The notes under the pieces: model-generated
What the model saw: the letters and a program-made list of their open reading frames with translations, nothing else
What the model was told of the DNA's origin: nothing
Databases searched by the model: none
Source: Octopus vulgaris
Lineage: Eukaryota
Length of the DNA stretch: 64,000 nt
Direction: 5' to 3'
Assembly (NCBI GenBank): GCA_951406725.2
Contig: OX597830.1
Coordinates: forward strand, 20,460,001-20,524,000
Position numbers and translations under genes: made by a program
In this document: positions 30,311-44,455 of the stretch, piece by piece
Position numbering within the stretch: position 1 is the stretch's first letter
How the letters are laid out: each line of letters begins with the position of its first letter

Positions 30311-30583
30311 AAACTGTTATTGTTGCTGTTGTCCAGCCTTAAGTCCTATTTTATTTTCCGTGTACATCTAATATGTTTTATAGTATAGTCTCTTTCGTAC
30401 TTTTCTACTTTATTTTATCGGCTCTCGGATGAATGAAGAAGGACAAAGATAGTTGATCTCGGCAGCATTTCAATTTATATGTAAAGATCCGTAAAAAAAT
30501 ACTGCATGGTAATTTATCAGGATCTTTAACAATTCTGCTAAACCACCGCTCTAAACTAGCAGCTGTTTTTGAAATACAAAGTA

Positions 30584-31152
30584 TTGGGTTGTCCGGAAAG
30601 TTTGTGCCGATTTATAGTAGCTTTCCCTTCGACTTATTTTAGAACATGTTTGAGTTCATAAAATAGGATTTGACTACACCTTCCTTTAGAGCACAGTTTA
30701 AGCTATATTTTCGTGGAAGAGGGTTTATGTTCCTATAAGCTGTGTTAATTCTGTAACCCTTTAAAATGGAAGATAAGAAAGTTCATTTTCGGCACTTGAT
30801 GCTTTTTCCGTAAAGGGAAAAATGCCTCACAAGCAACCAGAGAAATATGCGCAGTTTACGGTGATGTTTCTTTATCCGAAAGAACTGTACGGAAGTGGTT
30901 CGTAAGGTTCCGAGCTGGAGATTGTAGCCTTATTGATAAAGAGCGATCAGACAGACCATCCAACAGAGATGATGACCAAATCAAGTCGTTAATTGAGAAT
31001 AACCTACATTGCACATCCCGAGAATTTGCAGAAAGCCTCAACCTATCAAAATCCGTCGTTCATGAGCACCTGGTAAAGCTTAGGTAATGGCACGTATTTA
31101 TTGCCCTTTTTGTTTCCTTTAAAAATCGGCACGAACTTTCCGGACAACCCAA
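30584..31152 (+). mobile_element. Internally deleted mariner (TIRs + HTH-coding region only)
   Basis: About 30-bp TIRs ttgggttgtccggaaagtttgtgccgattt / aaatcggcacgaactttccggacaacccaa with TA TSD. ATG at 30766, MEDKKVHFRHLML...ERTVRKWFVRFRAGDCSL..ERSDRP; catalytic domain absent. Confidence 0.92.
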
Positions 31153-31658
31153 TATTTCTAAAATGCTTCGTGAAAGGCAGTTCACTATGCTGTGTCTACA
31201 TCTGTAAATCCTTCGTACAATTGCGTTTTGGCACGTAAAATGCTTTCTGGCATGGCTATGCTCCATGCATAAATACACACATACATATAAACGTAGATGC
31301 ATACATATATATACATACATATATGAACTGAAAAGCTTCTTTAGTCTTACAGATGATATGGCAACTTCTCTAGTGTTGGTGCCGTGATGAAATTCATTCA
31401 GTACACTGTGTAAAACAGCTGGTGTTAGAAAGAGAATCCTGACACAGAAAGCAAAGCATACAGGAAAATAATGACTCAGAATAATAACTGTGTCAGACTA
31501 TGACCACTCATCTAACCCATGCCAGCATGTTTGATCAACTGTACGACATGTTCGGTGTAATATCGTTGAAACGGATGTAGAACTATCTACATACATATGT
31601 ATATGTATGTTTGCATATGTGTATATGTTTGTATATGCATGTGTGTGTATGTGCGTGC

Positions 31659-31700
<42 letters not shown>

Positions 31701-32239
31701 ACGTCGGCCTAAAAGTGTGAGTTACCATCGAGAGTCACTTTGCAGGACATTTCTCTGTATAAATTTGCACATCGCTGCATCTGTAAGTTTTTAAGACTAT
31801 TTCTGCGTGTATGTACTTGTATGTGTGTGCGTTGTGAGAGTGTGTGTGTGTGTATGTGTGTACGTGTCTATGTGTTTGGATACATATTATAAAAGTGGTT
31901 ACAGCGTACGTTTGTCATATCAACCAGCATATACAAATACGTATACGTCTGTGTGTGTATGTGTACGTGTGTGTACGCGTGTGTGCGTGTGTTTATGTAC
32001 ATGTGTGTTATGTTACTGGTGCCTGCAATTATCTGGCTGAACGCGAAAAAGAGATACTATATCTGTTTATGCATGCCTGTGTATATGTGTGTGTGTGCGT
32101 TCCTGTGTGTGTATGTGTGTGTGTAAGTATTTATGAGATGGAGAGTGTATGTGTAACAGTGTACAAGCGTTTATGAATATCTGTGTGACTGCTTCCTTGT
32201 GTGAGCTTGCATAAGTGCGTGTGTGTGAGAGAGAAAGAG

Positions 32240-32283
<44 letters not shown>

Positions 32284-32680
32284 AGTCTGTAGGTGTGTGT
32301 GGCTGCGTGTTTCTGTGCTGTTATGTATGTATTACAAAGTACGCTGCTCTCGTCAGTGCCTTGGGAAATAAACGGCCGTCATAATCAGGTTGATTATGGT
32401 TACAAATGTATTTCATTAATAATGTATCTAGTTTAACAACTAGATATGCGTGTATATATGTGTATATATACCTATTTCTATATCTATGCATCTATTTCTC
32501 TTCGTTTCTCACTATTTCTGTCCGCCTCTCTCTCCCTACCCCCTCTCTCTCTTTCAGTGTGTGTAAGTTTATATATATAAATATATATGTGTGTGTGTAT
32601 GTATCTATACATATACTCATATATTTCAATATGTATATATATATATAAGCACACACACAGAGCGTTACACAGATACATCA

Positions 32681-32727
<47 letters not shown>

Positions 32728-32758
32728 CATATATATATATATATGTATGCATATGCGT

Positions 32759-32796
<38 letters not shown>

Positions 32797-33113
32797 ATCT
32801 ATCTATCTCTCTTTCTCTTTCTCCGTATATATGCATACATTTATATTGAAATATATGAGTATGTATGTATATATATATATGTAGATATATATATTCATAC
32901 ATATATATATATATATATTCATACATACATACATATAAATATACATGCATAGATATATGCTATACAAAGACACAGACGTATATAAGCATACACATACGCA
33001 CACACACATACATACATAAATATATATATATACAAATATATATATACATATATATACACATATATATATGTATATATACTTATATACATATATATATATA
33101 AATATATATATAA

Positions 33114-33150
<37 letters not shown>

Positions 33151-33312
33151 GTACGTTTAAATATTTGTTGTGCAAGATTTTTTATGTGAAGTCGTGTGTT
33201 GAAACAGATATTGTTATATTTCGGAATGGTCATATTGCCAGTTTAGCCAAAATAACACCAAATATATAGTGCGTGTGTTTTTATTGACTAAACTGGCAAT
33301 ATGACCATTCCG

Positions 33313-33385
<73 letters not shown>

Positions 33386-33899
33386 TATATACATATACAC
33401 ACCCATACACTCACACACACTCACATTCAGATATACATACATTTACAAGGTGCGAAAGGTATTTGAGGACACACTTGATGATTAAATCAAACGGCTCTAA
33501 TCTAGCACAGACCAAATGTATAATGTATTTCAATAAAAAAACAAAAACACGTTCCCGATAAACTTTCTTACAAGATTATTCTTAGACTCTGCCTTCAGTT
33601 TCAATGTCTGCTTCAGTGCCGAACCGGAATCGTTGACATGTCCCTCCTAAATGATCGTCATTCCTTTCGCGAATCACTTGGATAATGGCGACCTTCAGCC
33701 AAGCTATGATATCGTAAGGATATCGATTAGTCTCCCTTTCAAGAAATGTCTAAATCTAGAAGTCCATGAGATTTATATCTGGAGAGGTTGGAAACACAAG
33801 TTTGGTGTTACATGATCCTACAGGTTGTCTGACATTCATTCATGGGTTATGCAGGCTTTGTGAGAAGTTACAGGCTCGTTAAAACACATTCTTTCATGC

Positions 33900-34223
33900 T
33901 TTCATTTTGCTTCAGTCATTTGACTGCGGCCATGCTGGAGCACCGCCTTTAGTCGACCAAATCGACCCCAGGACTTATTCTTTGCAAGCCTAGTACTTAT
34001 TCTATCGGGACTCTCTTGCCGAACCGCTAAGTGACGGGGGCGTAAACACGCTAGCATCGGTTGTCAAGCGATGTTGGAGGACAAACACAGACACACAAAC
34101 ATGGGCTTTGGTCGGCCCGAGGCTATAGTAGAAAATACTTGCCCAAGGTGCCACACAGTGGGACTGAACCCGGAACCATGTGGCTGGTAAGCAAGCTACT
34201 TACCTCACAGCCACTCCTGCGCC
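33900..34223 (-). mobile_element. SINE family A with an internal deletion, nested in the maT element
   Basis: Matches 14655-15099. Confidence 0.88.
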
Positions 34224-34262
34224 TGTGGGCATCTCTCGTGCGCGGTCCTCATTTATCTAGAT

Positions 34263-34471
34263 CAGTGCCCCGCAACCTTTTCTTCACTTGCGGCACACTT
34301 ATATTCTTTTCAAAATTCGGCGGCACACTTGAACTAAAATTATAATTAAAAGTATGGGGGCGGGGATCATATTCAGGTTACACTCCGGCACACCTAACAT
34401 CATCTCGTGGTACACCTAACATCGTCTCGTGGAAGATCAGTGTGCCGCGGTATACCGGTTGCGGAGCACTG
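34263..34471. mobile_element. hAT/Charlie-like MITE
   Basis: TIRs cagtgccccgcaacc / ggttgcggagcactg; left flank atctagat fits the NTCTAGAN target. Confidence 0.75.
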
Positions 34472-34479
34472 GTCTAATG

Positions 34480-34912
<433 letters not shown>

Positions 34913-35669
34913 ATTTAAGGTTTAACAACTGTCTCCAGTACCTCAATATATTCGGTAGCATTAATTTAAAAACCCTATGAAAAGATGTGAGGTGGCATCA
35001 CATAACGTTCGTTACTCACCACCTCTAAAACCTATCACAGTTACCGGAAACTTGGTGTGCATCACTCTGGGGACACCAGATATCTGCATATAACCATCTG
35101 TTGCTTCTTCTGTTTCTCCTTTGGGTTTCTTGGTCGACGTTTTTCTCATCAGAGGGACGAACTATAGCATTCCATGTTCGTGAGGATTTTTTAACCTTGT
35201 TAAGTAACCGCTTGGAACGAATCAAACGGTTTTCTTGTGTATTAGCAGACAGGAATTAGCCACTCGTCAAGTACACATGACTTACATCGAATGTCCTCGT
35301 ACACCACAGCTTTAATAGTTCATTCCCACACACCAAGTTCGTATTGATTCATTTGGTTTATCATCGATAGAATTTTGTATCCTTTTGGATGTCTTTATAG
35401 TCTCCGAATGCTTAGAATGTATTTTCCTTTGGTACAGTCCAAACATTTCTGTCAGAAATTTCTGCCATCCGAATTTGTGTACAAAAAAGTCTTGCAATTT
35501 ATAAATCATTGCGTTCCACACATATGGCAACAATGACGCCATGTTTTTTAATTTCTTCCGTCAACATTTTATCTGCCATTGCGGTTTGGGGGTAAAATGA
35601 GTCTTTTAATTGGTTTCAAGAGAATACTATACAGATAATTAAATGTCCTCAAATACTTATTGTATCCAA

Positions 35670-35717
<48 letters not shown>

Positions 35718-35768
35718 TCTCTCTCTCTATGTACACACACATATATACTTACGTCCATACATACACAC

Positions 35769-35826
<58 letters not shown>

Positions 35827-36500
35827 GTTTTAATAGTATTAATTGTAGTTTTAAATTTATAATTAAATTAGATAAACTTTGATAAATTAGATATGTTTCG
35901 ACTAAAGATTGGTCCAGGCCATGTCTAATTTAATAGCATAACTTAGTTATTTCTTTAAATTGATATTCGCTAGTTATTCCCATTGATAATTATATTTATA
36001 GTATTTACAGTATTTATTCGATACTATATTACTACGAATTGATTATTTCTATAAGTATTTTACATAAGATTTCCGAAAGTTCGTTTAAGTTTGTTTATTT
36101 GTATTTTGAAATTAGCTATTTCATCTTTAAATATGAAAAATTAAATTTATTAGGTTTTTATTATATGTGCATATATATTTATTTATAGAGATTATTTTAG
36201 ATCTTAATTATAATATTTATATACATTTATATATTTTCATTGATAATTTATATATAATAGTCATTTTTAAATATTTATGTAATTAGATATAGACTAATAC
36301 CGATATTAGATTATTGGTGGGTTTCCTACCTTATAAATAAAAAATGAATATTTAACATTATAGTCGATTTTGATATAATCATAATTGTTAAGTTTTATGT
36401 TTCTAGTTTGATAATAGAGTTTATTATAAGTAAAATTATTATATTATTTATATCTTTAAAATATTGTTTAAATATTTCTGATTATATTTTAGATATTTCA

Positions 36501-36573
36501 ATTACCTGAAGATTGACTGTAACCATAACTCGAATTATTACGAATTGTACAGCCATGAAACGATCGTAGTGTT
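36501..36573 (+). ncRNA. Type I hammerhead ribozyme motif, intact core
   Basis: attac CTGAAGA t-tgactgta...tacagcca-t GAAA CGATCG TA gtgtt. Confidence 0.75.
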
Positions 36574-36712
36574 TTACTCTTTATCTTTTATTAAACTTTT
36601 AATACTTTTGATATATATTTAAAATAATATAAATTAATTAACTTTATGTATTGGCTTAATGTTTTTCATTGTTTGATTTGCCTAATAGTGGTTTTATCTC
36701 TAATTTAATATA

Positions 36713-36772
<60 letters not shown>

Positions 36773-37372
36773 TATATATATAACGTTCGTATTACTGTTA
36801 TTCTACATGTCCAGTCGTTTACTGTTTTTATTTTCATTTGTATTTTTACTGTCTTGTATTATTTTTACTGTCCTGTTTTTGTTACCACTTTTATCCCTCC
36901 GCAAAAAATCTCAAATTTTATTTAATTTGATTTGCGGGAAGAACCGTTTCACCGAAGTCGTGTCTCGCCTTTACCTTCGAAACACGGAGTAGACGAAACG
37001 GAGGCGGCTGAAGAAGGGGAATTTTCCTTGTGTTGTATGTCTTGTACTCTGTTTATTCGTTGTTTAAAAAAATGTCCGTTTCCATGGTTCTGTTTTTTTG
37101 TTTTCGTTTCTCATTGTGTTCGACGTTTTTTTTTTGGTGTCCTGTACCTATATATGCATGTATATCTACATATAGATGTAGGTAAGTACATATATGTATA
37201 TATGCATATGTTTTATTTATTATTTTGTTATATATATATATATATATATATACATACATACATATATAGATAGATAGATAGAGAGAGAGAGGGATGTTCA
37301 TGTATATATATATATGATAGATCGCTAGCCACTCCACATTCTTTATTTTCTCTCCTTGTTTCTTTCTTGTTC

Positions 37373-37408
37373 CTTTCTGTGGAAGAGCGTAGGCTCGAAA
37401 CGTCAAAG
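37373..37408 (+). ncRNA. Minimal type I hammerhead motif (variant core CTGTGGA)
   Basis: cttt CTGTGGA a-gagc gtag gctc GAAA CG TC aaag; a related decayed copy lies near 10400-10440. Confidence 0.6.
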
Positions 37409-37867
37409 ACTTGTTCACTTCCCAAGTGTTAAACTAATACATCTGTTTGTTGTCTACACCACCTGTCTTTGTCTTTTGAGGTTTTTTTGGGAATCCCCCC
37501 CCCCCATATATATATATATATATAATGTATGCATGCGTGTATCTATGTATGTATGTATGTATGAATATGTCTGTGTGCTCGTGTGTGTGTGTGTATGTGT
37601 GTGAGTGCGTTTGCGCTTGCATGTGTGCGTGTGTGTGCTCGTCTGTGTGTGTGTGTGTAATTAAAAGAAGAAATCCAAGAACAATAGCAAAAGGAGGAGA
37701 GATAACAGAAGACTCCGCAAGTGTTATGGTGTCACGTGACTGAGCATTATGAATATTAAAATCAGTTTCATTTCAAGCGTAAATTAATTATATCATTACA
37801 CTTCACGTACAAACACACACACACGCGTAAATATACATGCACTCACACACACACGCACACACACATA

Positions 37868-37898
<31 letters not shown>

Positions 37899-38622
37899 GT
37901 ATATATGTATGTATGCATGTATGTATGAATGTGTGTATGTATGTATGTATGTATGCATGTATGTATGTATGTATGTATGTATGTATGTATGTATGTATGT
38001 ATGTATGTATGTATGCATGTATGTATGTATGTATGTATGTATGTATGTATGTATGTATGTATGTATGTATGTATGTATGTATGTACGTATGTATGTATGT
38101 ATGTATGTATGTACGCGTACACACATATGTATAGATGTTCTCCTACATTCGCACGGCACATTCGCAAATCTCATATATCTACATATACACACAAATACAC
38201 ACAGTCTCTCTCACTCACTCTCTCTTTCTTACAGATGGAAACACGTACAAACATACATAGTTTCTTTCTTTCCTTCAATTCCCTCTCTTTCTCTCTTTAT
38301 CTCTCTCTATCTCTTCCTCTCTCTCTCACTTTCTCTCTCCTTCTCTCTCCCCCCTCTCCCTCTCTCTCTCTCTCTCTCACACAATCACAAATACACAGAT
38401 ACAAACATAAACACTCACAATGTGTCTCATTCTTTCTCTTCCTCTTTGTTTCTTTCTTTCTGTCTCCCTCTTTCTCTTTCACATGCACACACACATACAC
38501 ATACACACACAAACAAACAAACAATCACACACACCAACATATCACCACATACAAACTCTGCCTCTCTCTCCTTCTCCTTCTCTCTCTCTCTCTATCTATC
38601 TCTCTATCTCTCTATCTATCTC

Positions 38623-38663
<41 letters not shown>

Positions 38664-38667
38664 GTGC

Positions 38668-38720
<53 letters not shown>

Positions 38721-38815
38721 TGTATGTATGTATACATATTTATGTATATATATATATACATGTGTATATATATATATATGTGTGTGTAAATATATATACA
38801 TATAAATATGTATAC

Positions 38816-38854
<39 letters not shown>

Positions 38855-39260
38855 CATATATATATACATATATATACATCAGGCGCAATCACACACGTCA
38901 CACAAACACCCACATATTTAATTAAGCTCAATGTATTATTGAATCTGTTTTAATTGATGATTGTTGTTTGTTATTGTTGTTGTTGTTGCTATTGTTTTTA
39001 TTGTGAGTGATTTTATACCATTATTGGTTGTTGTTTTTTTTGTTTTATTTGTTATTGTTGCTGTTGTTGTTATTGTTGCTTGTGTTGCTGATGTTGGTTG
39101 TTATTGTTGTTGCTGTTGTTATGGTGGCCGTTGTTTTTCAGTCGTTTCTGTGCGTGAAAAACTCAATAAACACCACAACAACACAATAATACAATACATG
39201 CATACATATTTATATGCATTTATATACATACATATATACACACACACACGTATATATATG

Positions 39261-39311
<51 letters not shown>

Positions 39312-39388
39312 ATGTATGTGTGTATGTATGTATGTATGTATGTGTGTGTGTGTATATATATATATAGATCTTTATATAAATATATGTG

Positions 39389-39433
<45 letters not shown>

Positions 39434-39581
39434 TTATACATATATATGTATATATATAGTATGTATATATATGTATATATATGTATATGTATATATATAT
39501 GTATCTATGTATACATATATGCATGTATATATATGTATATATATGTATATGCATATATACATATATATATGAATATAAATG

Positions 39582-39640
<59 letters not shown>

Positions 39641-39735
39641 GTGTTTGCACGTATAGGTATATGTGTATGTATATATATATATATGCATATGCAGATGCAC
39701 TCATATACACATGTGTGTATATGTGCATATATATT

Positions 39736-39772
<37 letters not shown>

Positions 39773-39912
39773 CTGTGTGTGTGTGTACGCGTATACAGAC
39801 GCTGAAATGAATACAGAATGTGCACCAATGTGTACGCTGATGATGCATGCAACGAAGCAATTAACACAACCTGAGAACGATCAGAGTTTAAAGGTGACGT
39901 ACATGAAACTGA

Positions 39913-39967
<55 letters not shown>

Positions 39968-39992
39968 GCTACTGCTACTACTACTACTACTA

Positions 39993-40440
39993 AAGCGGTG
40001 AACTGGCAGAATCATTACTGCAACGGACAAAATGCTCAGCAGTAATTCTTGCGGGCGTGTACGTTCTAACCTCAAATGACGCCAAGTCGACTTAGTCGTT
40101 CATCCTTTCGACATCGATAAAATACTGTAAGTACCCGTCGAGCATTGGAGCCGATGTCATCGGCTTCTCCTTTCCCTTTGGAATCGGTGTCCTTGAGCCA
40201 AAATTTGAAAAAGTAAGGCGGTGAATTGACAGAAAGTGTTAGAGTGTCTGGCATCATGTATAGCGGGTGTTTTTCTGGTTTATTGCGTCCCGAGTTTAAT
40301 TACCCTGCTGGGGTTAACTTTGCCATTCATCCTTTCGGAGTCGATGAAATAAAGTACTAGTCATGTACTAGGTCGACGCAGTCGACCATTCCCCACCACC
40401 ACCACTACCACCACACGCATACATCCCAAATTTCTGGCCT
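39993..40440 (+). mobile_element. Two adjacent diverged family B SINEs
   Basis: gcggtgaactggcagaatcatt... and ggcggtgaattgacagaaagtgtt..., each with a tcatcctttcg..tcgat block. Confidence 0.7.
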
Positions 40441-42655
40441 TGTTTTTTTAAATCCTCAGCTGCTGAAGTTCAGGATCCCTGATTTACTGTCTCGTGCGAA
40501 GAATGTACTCTATTTTCACCTGTCAAAGCCGTGTCCAGGCGGACACCTCGTTGCCGTCTACAACGAATGCGAACGCGGGTCTCCTGAAAACCATGTCATT
40601 TTGATGGCTTCCAGCTTGAGTCTAGGCTACGAGCATTTATACGCCTCACTCGCAGAGATGATGTATAAAAGGGAGATAACTGGGCCATCCATTTTTGGGC
40701 GTTTGCTAAATGCAACAGTTAGTATTTCTTAGAGAGCCTACAATGTTTAAAATACCCTCAACACCTTTTGGAAAGTTTTCCATTACTTCTCTACAGACTC
40801 CTATTTGGTCCTCACCAGAACGTCTGGAACTGGTCAAACTACTTTCTCCTTTCGTTTGCTTGTATTAATTTTGGTTTGCTCCATCCAACTCAACAATCGC
40901 CATTCTGAGAACGATGTAATTTAGGAATTTGTGTGATGCTGCTGGCGTTGTTATTGTTGTTGTTGGTGGTGGTGTTGTTGTTGTTGTTGTTGTTGTTGTT
41001 GGTGGTGGTGGTATTTCTGTTTTCATGGTAGCCTTTTCTTTTGCGATGGTTATGGTTTTGATCGTTGTTAATGTCGCTTTCTTCGACATTTTTTTTCTTC
41101 GCAGTATATACACTCTGGTTGTTGTCTTTATCATTTTCCTGACACTGTTTTTTATTGCTGTCGTGGTGATAACGGAATTTGCTGCTCCTTTTTGTTTCTA
41201 TCCTGGTTCTTGCTTTTGCCGCGGTGGTTGCAGAATTACTTACCATTACTTACAGGGGACACTTTCACGGATTTTCTGGCATCCACTCAGTTGTCCGGTC
41301 GTTTTCGCTTCCCCAACGACAGCGGTTTGCGATATTCTCATCTTGTCATCTTTGTCGTTTAAGGAGTTGTCGGGCGAGTGTAGAGGCTTAGTGGTACCCA
41401 TGAGTTGTTGGCATTAGTATTGGGGTTTTTGTGGGGATGGGATCCTCTGCTGCCATATTTGTTGGTGGGAATCTTCTCTGACATCTCAGCATTAGTTTTG
41501 GGTTGATTAGTGTCTTTGCTGCAGCTGTTGTTATTATTTTTGATATTGCTGCTATTGCTGCTGCTGCTGTTCTTGCTGTTTTTGTTGTTGCCATTGGTGA
41601 TAATGATAATGATACTGTATGAGTTGTGATGTTGGCAGCAGTGCAGGACTTCTACCGTTTGGCTTTGGGTGTGAGTAAGAAGGTCATTAGATGATTGGGG
41701 CTACCAAATATGTGACATTTGGATTACAAAAAAAACGAACGGTTGAACGCCGTTTGATAGATACGCTAGTCGAGTACCTTTCCCAGATTTTCTGAGACTG
41801 ATTCCTGACGCGCTGTCTTGAGCAATTCATTTACTACGCGATTTATGTCCTGGTCTTCCAACACAACACATGCCAGCAGCCACGAGATGTCTGTTTCTGT
41901 TGACGCGCCTTTCCCCTTCACTGGCTCTTCTCGGTAGGGATAACAACGAATTCGTCGCCTCTACAGCACCTGACAATGGATTACCTCTTAACCTGCGTTT
42001 CTCATTATTTCTTTCAGCCTCTCACAATACCATGTTAATCACCATCTAATTTACATATCACGCGTCCAATTATTTTTCGTAAAGTACATCTCAGTTTAAG
42101 AAAAAGCCGATAGCGGTTAGATTCGCTGATTTGATCTGCGCTGGTTTTATTTAATCGTATTTTAGCTTTGTTTATTCTGATTATTTTTTCCAGAATCAGA
42201 TTAATTCCTCATTTATAGGTGAGATTCCTCATATTACAGTTTTGCTGTTTAACTACCTGAAAAATTATTTCTTCAACTTCTTAAACATTAAATTACGTTA
42301 ATCTGTTGTCAAACCATTTTCTTATTTTCTCTTTCCAATTTATCTCAATTTTTTTTTACTTACTGAATACGAATTTTCTCTTCTTTTTTTTTTTCTACTT
42401 CGGAAAACTATTCTTTTTCAGTTTGTTTTGTAAATGCTACCTTATTTGTTTGGGATTTTTTTTTATTTGTCTGCCATATTTGTTATTTGAGCCTTACTTT
42501 TTATTTTATAAATTTTGCATATCAACGACTTAGCTCCTAATTTCTCGTTAAATTCTCCAGCTTCTCTCTTTCTTTCTCTCTCTCTCTCTATATATATATA
42601 AAGCAAATAAGAAAATGGAAACGAAGAGCTACCTGAACTCATTACAAACATATGA

Positions 42656-42686
<31 letters not shown>

Positions 42687-42743
42687 TGCGTGTGTACGTG
42701 TATGTATATACATACATACATATATGCATACATACATACATAG

Positions 42744-42836
<93 letters not shown>

Positions 42837-43772
42837 TGTATGTATGTATGTATGTATGTATGTATGTATATAATATAGACATCATATATGCTTTTAATTC
42901 GGAGCTGACTCCTAATCATTCCTTTTACATTTTATATTTTCTTCTTTTCCCTCCCACACTAATTACAATGTTAATTTCGTGGCTCATTATGCAATGACAT
43001 AAATTAAAGGATCTTAATCACACAAACTCTTATTTCTTCGGCAATTATTTTAAGTCTGTCATTAATTCGTATCATTACTGTCTATTCTCCTTGTACAGCA
43101 ATATCGTGTCCGCTCGCGGCTTATCGCATTTCATGCATTTCGTGTGTTATTTGCATGTTCTAACGAAGATGTTTTCTGGGCTCCATTTTTTTTCTCTCTT
43201 TTATTCATATTAGTAAAATGGGCATCAGACTAAGAGCAACGTATGTAGTTTTTTTCTCCATTGTATTTTTTCTATTCAGTGCGCAGTATCACTTAAAGAA
43301 CGGCGTGTATTTATGTATTCATTTATTTATTTATTGCCAGTCTTTCATAACTTTGTTGGAGGCAAGAGAATGGTACTTCTCCATTCCGTTTCAAGAACTG
43401 GATTGCGCACCCCCACTCCAAAGGCGACCAACCGGCAGAATCATTAGCAAGTGAAACATATTGCTTTGCGGCATTTCTTCCGTTCTGAGTTCAAATTTCG
43501 CTGAGATCAACCTTGCCTTTTATCCTTTCGGAATCTTTAAAATATAATAACCAGTCAATTACATCGCACTGCTAGCACAGGTAGGACACAGTATTGACTA
43601 ATAAACCTTTAATAAACTTGGTAGTATATTATGGTTGCAAAACGAAATACGGTGTCCTTACCAGTAATTAATATACTCACACCAGTTGCCACGAATTGGT
43701 GTACTTAATTGTATTACACCGCTAAATTTCGTGGTTATTTAAGCAATATATTCGTGGATGGTTAAAGAGTTG

Positions 43773-43826
43773 GATGTGGTACTGAAGAAGGAGCAACAAC
43801 TTCTGAAATATGTATATACACCCATC
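43773..43826 (+). ncRNA. Minimal type I hammerhead motif
   Basis: ggta CTGAAGA aggag caacaa cttct GAAA TATG TA tat...; 5-bp stem II, imperfect stem I. Confidence 0.6.
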
Positions 43827-44039
43827 ACCTCGTTTTCTGTCTTCGATCGCATTGTTTACATAGACGTATTCGTATACGAAACGCCGTAACAGACCAGTGC
43901 TGGTTCTAATTTCTATAGAAAATCTATAGAGGTTACTTTAAAAAGTGAATACCAGTTAAATACTGCTGTCAATGTAACCGATTTATCCCCTTACCTCAGA
44001 ATTGTTGGCCTTCAGCCCTGCGACGCACTAGTGTCCCAT

Positions 44040-44270
44040 TCAAGTGTATGGAGGGATCTAGGTTTTTCATACGTCATTGAAACCGGGAGCAGGTTTTATG
44101 AATCCTAGGGATCAAGAATAAATTACCCCTTTTCTTGCTCATGTTCACTGCCAAGCATTGTTGAACTTGAAATTGTCGAAGAGAAACTTTAACTGCATCG
44201 TCCCCGACCCTATCACATCTCCCAGTTATTTCCGCCAAGTCTTCCGTCACAAACCCTACTTCCAAAGTAG
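44040..44270 (-). mobile_element. Possible highly decayed CRE-like LINE C-terminus
   Basis: QQCLAVNMSKKRGNLFLI loosely resembles the terminal QRLSVAIQRGN motif. Confidence 0.3.
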
Positions 44271-44398
44271 TTCACAAGTGGCGGTGTGGTAAGTAGCTTG
44301 CTTACCAACGACATCGTTCCGGGTTCAGTCTCACTGCGTGGCACCTTGGGCAAGTGTCTTCTACTATAGCCTCGGGCCGACCAAAGCCTTGTCAGTGG

Positions 44399-44454
<56 letters not shown>

Positions 44455-44455
<1 letters not shown>

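Noticed and set aside
35144-35152. CTGATGA on the minus strand as a hammerhead core
   Set aside because: It is the SDEK codons of the maT transposase; no matching stems.
41935-41952. tagggataacaacgaat resembling an I-SceI site
   Set aside because: Only the first 11 nt match; attributed to chance.
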